From contig CP145425.1 of NCBI GenBank assembly GCA_036867785.1, positions 496,001 through 560,000 of the forward strand: a stretch of 64,000 nt of DNA, given 5' to 3'. The position numbers and the translations under genes were made by a program. Position 1 is the first letter of the stretch. The number at the start of each line of letters is the position of its first letter. The notes below the pieces were generated by a model. It was not told the DNA's origin. It did no database searches and worked only from the letters and a program-made list of their open reading frames with translations. Positions 11,652 through 21,114 of this stretch are shown here, piece after piece. This stretch comes from Plasmodiophora brassicae (taxonomy: Eukaryota).

Positions 11652-13228
11652 ATGGAGTGCCAGTCGTGCGGGGCGCAGATCGAGCTGTCGCTGGGCCGTG
11701 CTCAGACGACGACGACGACGACGGTGCTGCAGCGGGACGCGAACACGGACGAGGACGTCCAGCTCGATGATGCACTGACGGAGTCGTTTGTCATGCTCGG
11801 TGATCACGTTCGCCACGGTCGACACGTCGTCGTTTGCTCATCAGCGCGCTGGCAGATCGACATGTCGGGGACGAAGAGGCCCCAGTGGATCCGACGTCGA
11901 ACGCGGAATTGTTCCAGGCGATGACGCGTATCTGGGAGGTCGCGTCCGAGCAGGCATCCTGTGACATGCCGCTCTGCACCGTATGCGTGGCCAACGTGTT
12001 CAGGGAGCAGAACAGGAAGATTCAGGAGCTCGAAGCGGAGCGCGCCGCGTATAAGCAGGTTCTAGACTCGCTGGAGACCCTGACCCAGCAAGATGTCAAC
12101 CAGCAACACTCTTCATCTGAGGAACCACTACGGAAGGTGTGCTGGGCATCGTCTGATTCTCGTTCGGCGCTTGTCCTGAACAGCACACTACAGATTGACA
12201 GGCAGGAAGATGAACTGTTGCAGCAGCTTCGGGACATGCAGAAGCTGAAACTCGACCTAACGGAGAAGGCGCGAGAGCTGGACGACCAAACGGCACGAGT
12301 GTCGGAATTGGAGAAGGCGTTCTGGACTGCACAGCGACAGTTAACGTCGTCAGCGATGCGAGCGCAGTTCGAAGAAGCAGCGCTAGCCGAGGTCGCAAGG
12401 CGGGCCGAGCACGAACTCGAGGAACTCAAGCGGACCAATATCTACGACGACGCGTTCCACATCTACTATGAAGGTCACTTTGGGACGATAAACGGGTTCC
12501 GACTTGGGCGCCTGCCCAGCCAACCGGTAGGCGGCGTCGTTTGCGTCTTGCCCAGCAACCTGCCTGATACCATACAGGTCGACTGGTCGGAGACGAATGC
12601 CGCCCTTGGGCAAGCCGTCCTTCTTCTGGATACGATTGCGAAAAGGACCAGAGGGTTTGAATTTTCCAAGTCAGTTGCGCTGAGGGAACGTGTGCTGCGT
12701 TGGTGTGAACGTTTGTGGCCAGGTACGAGCTCACACCAAAAGGCAGCTTCTCGCGAATGGGTATCAAGGGCGAGAAAACGACCTTGGAACTGTCATCACC
12801 GATCAGTTCATTGACATTGCAATGGGTCTGACCTTCTCCGTTAGATACGGGTCCAACGACCTGAGCCTTGGCAAGCTCTGGTGGTACAGGAGATTCGATT
12901 CGGCAATGGTGACTGGGGCGTGTACTACTGCTGATCGGCGCTGCTGACCCATGTCCAGGTGAAATTTGCGACGTGCGTTAAGGAGTACTGCCTATTCGCG
13001 GAGGCCCAGTCTGGCCACAAGGTCATGCAGTACCAAATCGACGACCACATGATCAACGGCGTATCCGTCAAGCTGCAGTTCAACCAGGAGGTACGCAGGC
13101 GAACGATTGCCCCTTCTTCGTTATCCAACGTCGCCGCACAGGCCAAATGGACGAAAGCGATGAAGTTCCTCCTGATCAACCTCAAGTTCGCTGTGGCATG
13201 GTGCGTCAAACAGGAACACGCTGAATGA
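11652..13228 (+). CDS. ATG6: Beclin-1/ATG6/Vps30, multi-exon
   Basis: ESFVML, D.PLC..C, coiled coil, LKRTNIYDDAFHI...GHFGTINGFRLGRLP, V.WSETNAALGQ..LLL, KWTKAMKFLLINLKF. Confidence 0.93.
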
Positions 13229-13374
13229 CGTTGCATCGTCGCCTATTATGTATCGTAAAGTTATTATCGCAATACACCTATACCGAGGCGCGCGTACGTT
13301 CAACACGTTTTACCAATAAACACAATGGCAACTGCGGTTTTATCCATCTGGGCGATCGTCGTCATGTAGTCGCA

Positions 13375-14705
13375 CTACTTCCGTGCGACATCGGGGAAGA
13401 TGCCCAGACCGACAAAGTAGCGAAGCTGTTCGTCGAGAAGCTGTTTGGTGATTCGTGGGTGCTTGTACTCGAAACCGGTCATCGCGGTGATCTTCGAGCC
13501 GTCCACCAGCAGGTTATTATTCCCCAACAACGTCGCATCAAGGAACGGGCTGATCGGTGTCGTAGAAATCCCATGAGCAGCGCACAACTTTTGCCATGCA
13601 GGGACGTGCTAGATACGATGTCAGACAAGTCAGTCGCCTTCCGCTGCTACCGCCCTACCTTCTGGTTTGCCGATTCTACCACTGAAGCAAAGTTCAGCTT
13701 TGCCAGGTTCGAGAGAATCTTGCCATGGAATCCCGTCTCAATGTCGAAGGTATCTTCGAGCATGGCGTTGAGGACGCCTTGCGTCAAGTTCGACTGGTCG
13801 GCCAGGTTGACGATCGTGCCCGGCTGCAACTGTGTAGCGGCACACCACAGTGCCGCGCAGACATCCTCCACGTGGACACAGTTGATCGCAAGAGACTTGT
13901 CCCTGCCGTAGACAACCATCAACGGAACCGTCGTTGGCATACAAGCTCTCGCCGAATCGTACCACAAGCACTTCATCTTCTCTTTGATGAACTTGTACGA
14001 CGCAGCTGTCGACAGACGCGGCGTCAGCGACGTTAAATCGCCACAACCGTATACCATTGCCGGGCGCAGGATCTGCACAGCACATCGTCAGCGCACTGGT
14101 CTTGTCAACCGCAGTCGCCGGCTACGAACCACGAGAGGCAGGCCGTCGATCGCGGACAACACCTTCTCCGCTTCGAGCCTATACTGCCCCTGCAGCGTCC
14201 ATGGTTGCACAGTGGCCGACTCTGTGCACGGGGCACTCGACGACTTGTACAGAGTCGCTGTCGACAGTTCGATCCACTTGGCACCGCAGGCGGCGGCAGC
14301 ACGGCCACACTTATCGGCGCTCTCGACGATACGGCTGTGGTAGTCGTTACTAGGCAGGCCGAACCGCGTCTCGCCACACAGGTTGAACACGAACTGGAAC
14401 GAACTGCGAGACTCCTCTGGGCACGCGAACGCCTTGCTGACATGGGCGTCCTTCGTCAGGTCGCACTGGTGCAGCAGTCACATCGGCAGTCGTATAGGAC
14501 AGCATCCACGTCGGTGTACCTGGATGAATTCCACTTTCGGGTTCTCCTTGTACATCTGGATCTGCTTGGGCGTCATGAACGCGAGCGCGGGCGGCGTCTT
14601 GTCGCAGACCCGGATGGTTGCGCATCGCGACTCATCCGCCAGCAGGTACTCGACCAGGTTCCTGCCAATGAACCCGGTCCCCCCAAGAACCAGCACGTTC
14701 GCCAT
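13375..14705 (-). CDS. NAD-dependent epimerase/dehydratase (extended SDR) family protein, multi-exon
   Basis: VLVLGGTGFIGRNLV Rossmann motif, ELSTATLY, ILRPAMVYG, CVHVEDV, VDGSKI. Confidence 0.9.
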
Positions 14706-15073
14706 GGCTATCGTATCGTTGCGCCCCTCGCACCCAATCGGTAATTCTCAGTGGACCGCGACGGGCATGCCGCCGTCCCTACGGCGACACGGGACGTAGT
14801 CCCGAAATAGGCGCACGTGAAAAATGAAAATAGACCTCCTGCCAGTCAACGACGCGCGAACTGTGCGACTGTGCCAGCAGCCGGAGCGCGTGCCTGGCGA
14901 GCGTACCATATCCAAGCGCTGACGCGGAGAACACACAGGACGCCACTCACAGCCCAAACAATTCGGTACAGAACTCCTTTCATACGCAATGTTTCAATCT
15001 GGAATAAACAAGTTCAGAAAATCGTGCAGTACAACGTATGCGTCCAATCTATGGAGACCAGCAGCGCGCAGTC

Positions 15074-15378
15074 GAAGAAGTTGCCATGCTTTACAAAGCA
15101 TTGCGGTCCAAGTGCCACGCTGGGCCCCCAGCAACGATATCGTCTGCAGCGACTATTAACCATGCGACCAAGAGGGCAGCGCCACGATGTCAGACATGTC
15201 CATCCGCCGGCATACACTGTAAGATATTGGTGCACAACAGCTACTCGTCAATAGCGACGCTAACGTGATCCGCTTTGCTGAGCATTTGGTGGCTAAACTG
15301 CGCCGGTGCAGGCACAACGTTGAGCGTTATAACGGCTTGGTCGCATGACATGACGAAAATGTTTCTGAACTTGCTCGA
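15074..15378. repeat. Outer inverted repeat, left arm (pairs with 20556-20904)
   Basis: Reverse complement aligns over ~300 bp, e.g. GTTGCCATGCTTTACAAAGCATT with AATGCTTTGTAAAGCATGGCAAC, and TTCTGAACTTGCTCGA with TCGAGCAAGTTCAGAA. Confidence 0.9.
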
Positions 15379-15496
15379 ATGACGACCGAGAAACAGCGCC
15401 TTTTCCTCTTCTTTCCACTGCCGACGTCGTCCATCCGGCCAACTTTCGGCGTTGTAGTACACGGCCATCGGTGCTAGACGTCACCGGTTACACCGA

Positions 15497-15700
15497 CTCA
15501 ACGTTGGGCCTGCACCGGCGCAGATTAGCCACCAAATGCCCAGCCAAGCGGATCGCGTTAGCGTCGCAATGTCATGCGGTGAGGCCGTTATATCGCTCAA
15601 CGTTGTGCCTGCACCGGCGCAGTTTAGCCATCAAATGCCCAGCAAAGCGGATCACGTTAGCGTCGCTATTGACGAGTAGCTGTTGTGCACCAATATCATA
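15497..15700 (+). repeat. Two tandem partial copies of a ~75-100 bp unit (CTCAACGTTG..GCACCGGCGCAG.TTAGCCA.CAAATGCCCAGC.AAGCGGATC.CGTTAGCGTC); further copies at 16370-16435, 20610-20690 and inverted at ~15255-15325
   Basis: Direct visual alignment of five copies. Confidence 0.85.
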
Positions 15701-15724
15701 CAGCAGGCCTCATTATAGGTGGAA

Positions 15725-15856
15725 CATCGCTCTCAGCAATACGCTCCAGAACTATTGGGATCTCACTGGCGACGTGTTGTCTCGCTGCTCATGCTGAACT
15801 CCACAACGTCGTCAGTAAAATCCCAATAGTTGTGGAGCGTATTGCTGAGAGCGATG
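15725..15856. repeat. ~51-bp-arm inverted repeat (hairpin) with ~30-nt loop
   Basis: CATCGCTCTCAGCAATACGCTCCAGAACTATTGGGA... pairs with ...TCCCAATAGTTGTGGAGCGTATTGCTGAGAGCGATG. Confidence 0.9.
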
Positions 15857-16500
15857 CGGCCCTTGAAAAATGCCTTGTTCTGGTACGCATCCCACAAGTC
15901 GGCGTGCTGATTGGTGAGGTATTTCAGGAAGAGGTCTGTGCGCCACGAGGTGTGGTACTGCAGCCCCTTCCTGGCAGCGCGCTGGCGGCCCACCATGTCG
16001 AGTTGGCGGCCGTGGAACTTGCAGAACAGGCAGATCGTGGAGGGTGACGGCGCCGCCCGAGCTTCTTTCGGTGACCTCCATGGCGTATTTCAACGACCAC
16101 GACTGGGGTCGTAGACCATACGAGCCTTCTTCGGGCCAATGATGCCGTGTCAGTCGAAGTGATGGGGTGGCTTCGACGTCCGCTTGCTCCAGCACCAATG
16201 GGTTGGTCCGTGGAAGTCCGAGGATGAAGCAACGACGGTCTCTGCACGGTCACATGTGCCTCCAATAAGCTCCAGAGACCTGTTTGCGAAAATTCCTTAA
16301 AAGTGGGAACATTTCGGACCTTAAAAGTGGTAAAAATGAAACTATGATTTCCACCATGAGGCCTGTCATACAGTGTATGCCGGTGCGGCGCAGTTTAGCC
16401 ACCAAATGCCCAGCAAAGCGGATCACGTTAGCGTCCTGCCCGGCGCAGATAACTCTTCGTCCTGGAAGCCATCGCGTTGCCTGATACTTCCAGGTACGCT

Positions 16501-17300
16501 CATAGCATATTTCAGCACCGGTGACATGCCTTCTCACTCTGTTGCCCAAGTTGTTGTCAAGGACAACCAAGTCCGTACCCGGTGCCGCCTATCGTCGCCA
16601 GGACCATCCGTCGCTGCGATGCAGGCGGCATCGAGTGCGCTCCAACATCTGCGAAGCAACGCTGGATGGCGCGCCGCGTCAAATACAGACAATGTGCAAA
16701 TCGTTGTCGAAAACGTTACCGGCCGTGCCACGATGGCCTTCCATAATGCCAACTACATTGAACTGGGGATGCAGCTGGCGCACGTAAATTTTCAGCTGGT
16801 GGGCGTTCATCGTCCTGTCCCCCGCTGCAGTGAACGTCACGGGGGACGCTGCACAGCAGAAGGTAAATGCAAGAACCTGATAGGCGTGTATACCTTTACC
16901 TGCGCACGCAGCCAGCGGGCCCCGGCCGGCCCCGGGTGTCCCCGTCGCCGCGCACCAGTTCGACGTATTTGGCATTATGGAACGCGATCGTGGCACGGCC
17001 GGTAACGTTTTCGACAACGATTTGCACGTTGTCTGTAGTTGGCGCGGCGCGCCGTCCGGCGTTGCTTCGCAGATGTTGGAATGGCGCCTGCATCGCAGCG
17101 ACGATGATTCTGACGACGATACGCGGCACCGGGTACGCTGACCCCGCAAAGGAGGCTACTCTGTGTAACCAAAATAGGACCCATTCCATGCCGGCCTGCG
17201 CTCTGGATCCAACCATCGCCACGATCGCGAACTTGGTTGTCCTTGACAACAACTTGGGCAACAGAATGAGAAGGCACGCCACCGGTGCGGAAATGCTATG
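16501..17300. repeat. Diverged inverted repeat (16501-16766 vs 16955-17300) of an unidentified repeat family; 16860-17210 is also homologous to 19775-20131
   Basis: Both strands translate to near-identical TDNVQIVVENVTGRAT.AFHNA.Y.EL and MPSHSVAQVVVKDNQVR. CTCTGTGTAACCAAAATAGGACCCAT is shared with the 19-20.5 kb palindrome. Confidence 0.88.
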
Positions 17301-17428
17301 AAGTTGGGGATCTCAGGTCAAGTCCCCGTACCGCAGGCAGATCATGCAATCTGTTTCAATTCAGCGTCCCTTCCAACTGTGAGCCGTCGTTCATTACTAC
17401 GGTCTATCATTCTGCTGGACACTGTTTA

Positions 17429-18083
17429 TCATGGACCGTCGAACAGGGTCTGCAGGTCTCTGCAGCCGTCGGCGTAGTCGACGGCGCGCATGCCGATGTT
17501 GTTGCGCGCGTGGATGCCGTCGCCGCGCATCGCCCTGATGAGTTCGGCGGCCGCCGCGGGCTGCCTCGCGCAGACGGCGGCGTGCAGGGCCGTGTTCCCG
17601 ATCTTGTTGACGGCGTGCACGCTGGCGCCCATCTGCTCCGCCAGGAACGCGACGACGTTCGCATGGCCTTCCGACGCGGCACGATGCAACGCCGTCGACC
17701 CGATCCGGGACCGAGCTTCCACGTCGGCGCCGGCCTGACACAGCAGCACCGCCGCGTCCATCTGCGCGAACCGCAATCAGATGAACGGTGTGTGCGCGTC
17801 AGACGCGTCAGCCGGCACATGCATGCCCGTATTGCGCTGCGATGTGCAGGGCGGTGTCGCCGGTGACCGGCGACGACTCGTCCGTCGACGTCGGCGCCCG
17901 TCGCATGTCGGACCAGTTGACGTCGGCGCCCTGCGCCAGTGCGGCGCGCATGCGCTCCAGATCGCCGGTGCACGCCGCGCGCCGCAGCACGATCTCCGCG
18001 GGAAGCCGCTCGCCGTCAGCGCCCTCCATGACGGGCGGCTCGCCGCCGCCCTCATCCCGCAGCCTGGCGTGCGTCGACGTCAT
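17429..18083 (-). CDS. Ankyrin-repeat protein (~4 repeats), 3 exons
   Basis: LAQGADVNW, GDTALHIAAQYGH, GSTALHRAASEGHANVV, GNTALHAAV. Confidence 0.88.
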
Positions 18084-18190
18084 CGGGCCACTCACTGCGC
18101 GCGATGCCGTAACGGGTCGCGAAACGCGCCGCCCACGACGTACGTCAACGCTGTGTAGTCATGAACTGTCGGCCGGTTTGGGCAAGGTCG

Positions 18191-18601
18191 TCATGATGGT
18201 CGTCGGCGACGACGGCTCTGTCGTTTGCGGGCGGGGCAGCCGCTGTCGGTACGCTTGCGCTTGGCGGCCGTCGAGCTTGGGATCTGCGGTGCAGGCCGCT
18301 TGGCGACCATCGAGCTAGGGATCTGCGGTGCAGGCCGCTCGGGCGCGACGTGCTTCTTGTAGTCGCCCCAGCAGCGGAACCAGAAGTAGAACAGCGGCAT
18401 GGAGTCGGACATCCTGATGCGATCCTGTGGCGCCTGGGGGTTCGGTGCTACGCTTGACGACGAGCTGGTTGGCTGCGGGTTGTTGAAGACGTTCCTGCTA
18501 GCTGTGCCTGCCGTGCAGGGTGCGATCGTCACTGCAGCCGCGCTGGTGTCGACGTCATCGAGCTGGTGGACGTGGTCGCTGGCCGCCATCGTCAGGGCCA
18601 T
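18191..18601 (-). CDS. Small hypothetical protein with a 13-aa duplication (RPAPQIPSS..AK) and a basic NLS-like tail
   Basis: ORF 18191-18616; 39-bp tandem duplication at ~18258-18340; KRKR..RKRQSRRRRRP tail. Confidence 0.4.
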   Translation of the reverse strand: MALTMAASDHVHQLDDVDTSAAAVTIAPCTAGTASRNVFNNPQPTSSSSSVAPNPQAPQDRIRMSDSMPLFYFWFRCWGDYKKHVAPERPAPQIPSSMVAKRPAPQIPSSTAAKRKRTDSGCPARKRQSRRRRRPS

Positions 18602-18977
18602 CGCTGCGCGCGTCACGTACGATACTGTTTGAGCAACTCGGGGTCGGTGACGGGCACCCGCTGAGATCCACTCGAGACTCGACCGATACTATGATATACC
18701 AGTATATCGGCCGATGGGAACATTCTCTCACGGTCACGTTTACCCCGTACAATCGCACCGCCCCTCAGGCCGCCAGGCCATGCCGAGTAGGGCTACTTCT
18801 GAACCTGTCTAACTTTCCGGTGCCGCTTGCAACTGCACAGGTTGTGCCCGATCGAATTCATCTGCTGACTTCGAGGAACATGGGATAGAAAGATTCAGCT
18901 CGGTGCCAGCGATCAATGCGTGATGAACGCTGCCGCAGTGACGACACGTGTAACAACAGGGAGGTGTCGGTGCAGAT

Positions 18978-20503
18978 CCGGGCGGACGAGGCGGTGGCCG
19001 ATGGTCCGGTGCTGGTGGAACGCCAACGCCGAGGCACGAAGACGGCGGCGATCGCCGAAGGCTTCGGCCAGGTGAAGGGACGTCGGCGCCGCCACGATCA
19101 TGGTCGGCAACCTGTTCATCCGGCGGTGCCGGTATAAGAAGGGCCGAGTCGTGGCACGAGTGAAACCGGTCGGGGAGCAGCAAACGTATTCGTATGACGG
19201 TCGGCGCTATCGTGCAGGCGGAAGGTGGGGCAGACGCGCCGCTGACGCAACACTAAGCGGCGGTTACGGACGCCATCCATGTCGACTGGGACGCGTTTGG
19301 CGAGGCGACGCAACGGTCGGTGGTGAGGATCCCTGTCCGCTTCGCCGGGGATCCAGAGCGCAGGCCGGCATGGGATGGGTCCTATTTTGGTTACACAGAG
19401 TAGGTAGTCTCCTTTGTCGCGTTGGCGTACCCGGTGCCGTCTGTCGTCGTCAGCAGTATCATATTTGTGATGCAGCGGGGGAGTCGAGCAGCTCCGGCAC
19501 CATGCCGGACGGCGCGCTGCCCGATCCACCGACCACGCGGTACAGGTTGCTGTGCACAACACAACCGGTGCGCAGTGCCGCTGTCTCGTTCCAACATGCC
19601 AATTATATCGAGATCGTGGCAACCGGGACACCGGCGTCCCGGTCGGGACCCGCTGGCCGCATACCCAGGGAATGTATACACGCCCATCATCAGGTTCTTG
19701 CATTTACTGTGTAGCGCCATGAGCGCTCATCCCCCGGTTGCCGGGCGCCGTGAATGTCACGGTGGGCGCTGCACAGTAAATGCAAGAACCTGATGATGGG
19801 CGTGTATACATTCTGGGTATGCGGCCAGCGGATCCCGACCCGACGCCGGTGTCCCGGTTGCCACGATCTCGATATAATTGGCATGTTGGAACGAGACAGC
19901 GGCACTGCGCACCGGTTGTGTTGTGCACAGCAACCTGTACCGCGTGGTCGGTGGATCGGGCAGCGCGCCGTCCGGCATGGTGCCGGAGCTGCTCGACTCC
20001 CCCGCTGCATCACAAATATGATACTGCTGACGACGACAGACGGCACCGGGTACGCCAACGCGACAAAGGAGACTACCTACTCTGTGTAACCAAAATAGGA
20101 CCCATCCCATGCCGGCCTGCGCTCTGGATCCCCGGCGAAGCGGACAGGGATCCTCACCACCGACCGTTGCGTCGCCTCGCCAAACGCGTCCCAGTCGACA
20201 AGGATGGCGTCCGTAACCGCCGCGTAGTGCTGCGTCAGCGGCGCGTCTGCCCCACCTTCCGCCTCCACGATTAGCGCCGACCGTCATACGAATACGTCTA
20301 CTGCTCCCCGACCGGTTTCACTCGTGCCACGACTCGGCCCTTCTTATACCGGCACCGCCGGCTGAACAGGTTGCCGACCATGATCGTGGCGGCGCCGACG
20401 TCCCTTCACCTGGCCGAAGCCTTCGGCGATCGCCGCCGTCTTCGTGCCTCGGCGTTGACGTTCCACCAGCACCGGACCATCGACCACCGCCTCGTCCGCC
20501 CGG
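18978..20503. repeat. ~1.5 kb palindrome: ~740-bp near-identical inverted arms (18978-19718 and 19765-20503), ~46-bp spacer, made of gypsy-like and unidentified repeat fragments
   Basis: The ORF track shows mirror-image ORFs on opposite strands (e.g. 19116-19703 - and 19780-20274 +). Arm ends read CCGGGCGGACGAGGCGGT and ACCGCCTCGTCCGCCCGG. Confidence 0.95.
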
Positions 20504-20555
20504 CCGGTTATGTTGTGCACAACAACCCGTACCTCGTCGGTCGTCGTCTCGTCGA

Positions 20556-20904
20556 TCGAGCAAGTTCAGAACACTTTTCATCATGTCATGCGACCGAGCC
20601 GTTATAACACTCAACGTTGTGCCTGCACCGGCGCAGTTTAGCAGCTAGCCATCAAATGCCCAGTCAAGCGGATCACGTTAACGTCGCCCTCAACGAGTAG
20701 CTGTTGTGCACCAATATCTTACAGTGTATGCCGGCGTCTGGCCATGTGCCCATGTCTGACATCGTGGCGCTGCCCTCCTGGTCACATGGTTAATATTAAC
20801 CATGCAGCGACTATTATAATAGTCGCTGCAGACGAGGTCGTTGCTGGGCGCCCAGCGTGGCCCTTGGACCGTAATGCTTTGTAAAGCATGGCAACGTCTT
20901 CTTC
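20556..20904. repeat. Outer inverted repeat, right arm (pairs with 15074-15378)
   Basis: See left arm; this copy carries extra micro-insertions including a double palindrome at 20785-20830. Confidence 0.9.
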
Positions 20905-20974
20905 TACAGGTGTTTATACACTTCACACCAGGGCGCCGCCCAAGACTGCGAGTGGAAAGTCCGCGGGGAACATT

Positions 20975-20992
20975 GGGGGGGGGGGGGGGGGG
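20975..20992 (+). repeat. G18 homopolymer
   Basis: 18 consecutive G. Confidence 0.95.
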
Positions 20993-21114
20993 TATTCTTT
21001 GAGAACACGGTAGGGGTCCGCAGCGGATTGCGGGCGGTCGCTGGCCTGCGCCCAGCATTTCTCATTACAGAGAGCTGCGGGAACACAGTCGACAACGACA
21101 AGGACCGATTGCCG

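Larger units (their letters stand above)
15010..16200 (-). mobile_element. Degenerate, rearranged hAT-like DNA transposase fragments
   Basis: Broken frames give WSLKYAMEVTERSSGGAVT, YHTSWRTDLFLKYLTNQHADLWDAYQ, KADHVSVAI, W.PSVAL and HGNFFDCALLV. These recall an oomycete-type hAT-like transposase family (from memory). Stops, frameshifts and internal duplications are present. Confidence 0.5.

Noticed and set aside
15255-20690. Recurrent ~75-bp unit considered as a CRISPR-like or regular array
   Set aside because: Copies are irregularly spaced, in both orientations, of varying length and part of a longer transposase-like fragment; no spacer periodicity or cas genes
15074-20904. Outer inverted repeats as TIRs of one composite transposon carrying the ankyrin gene
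   Set aside because: The arms are internal transposase-like sequence, the left copy continues beyond the shared boundary, and no target-site duplication was visible
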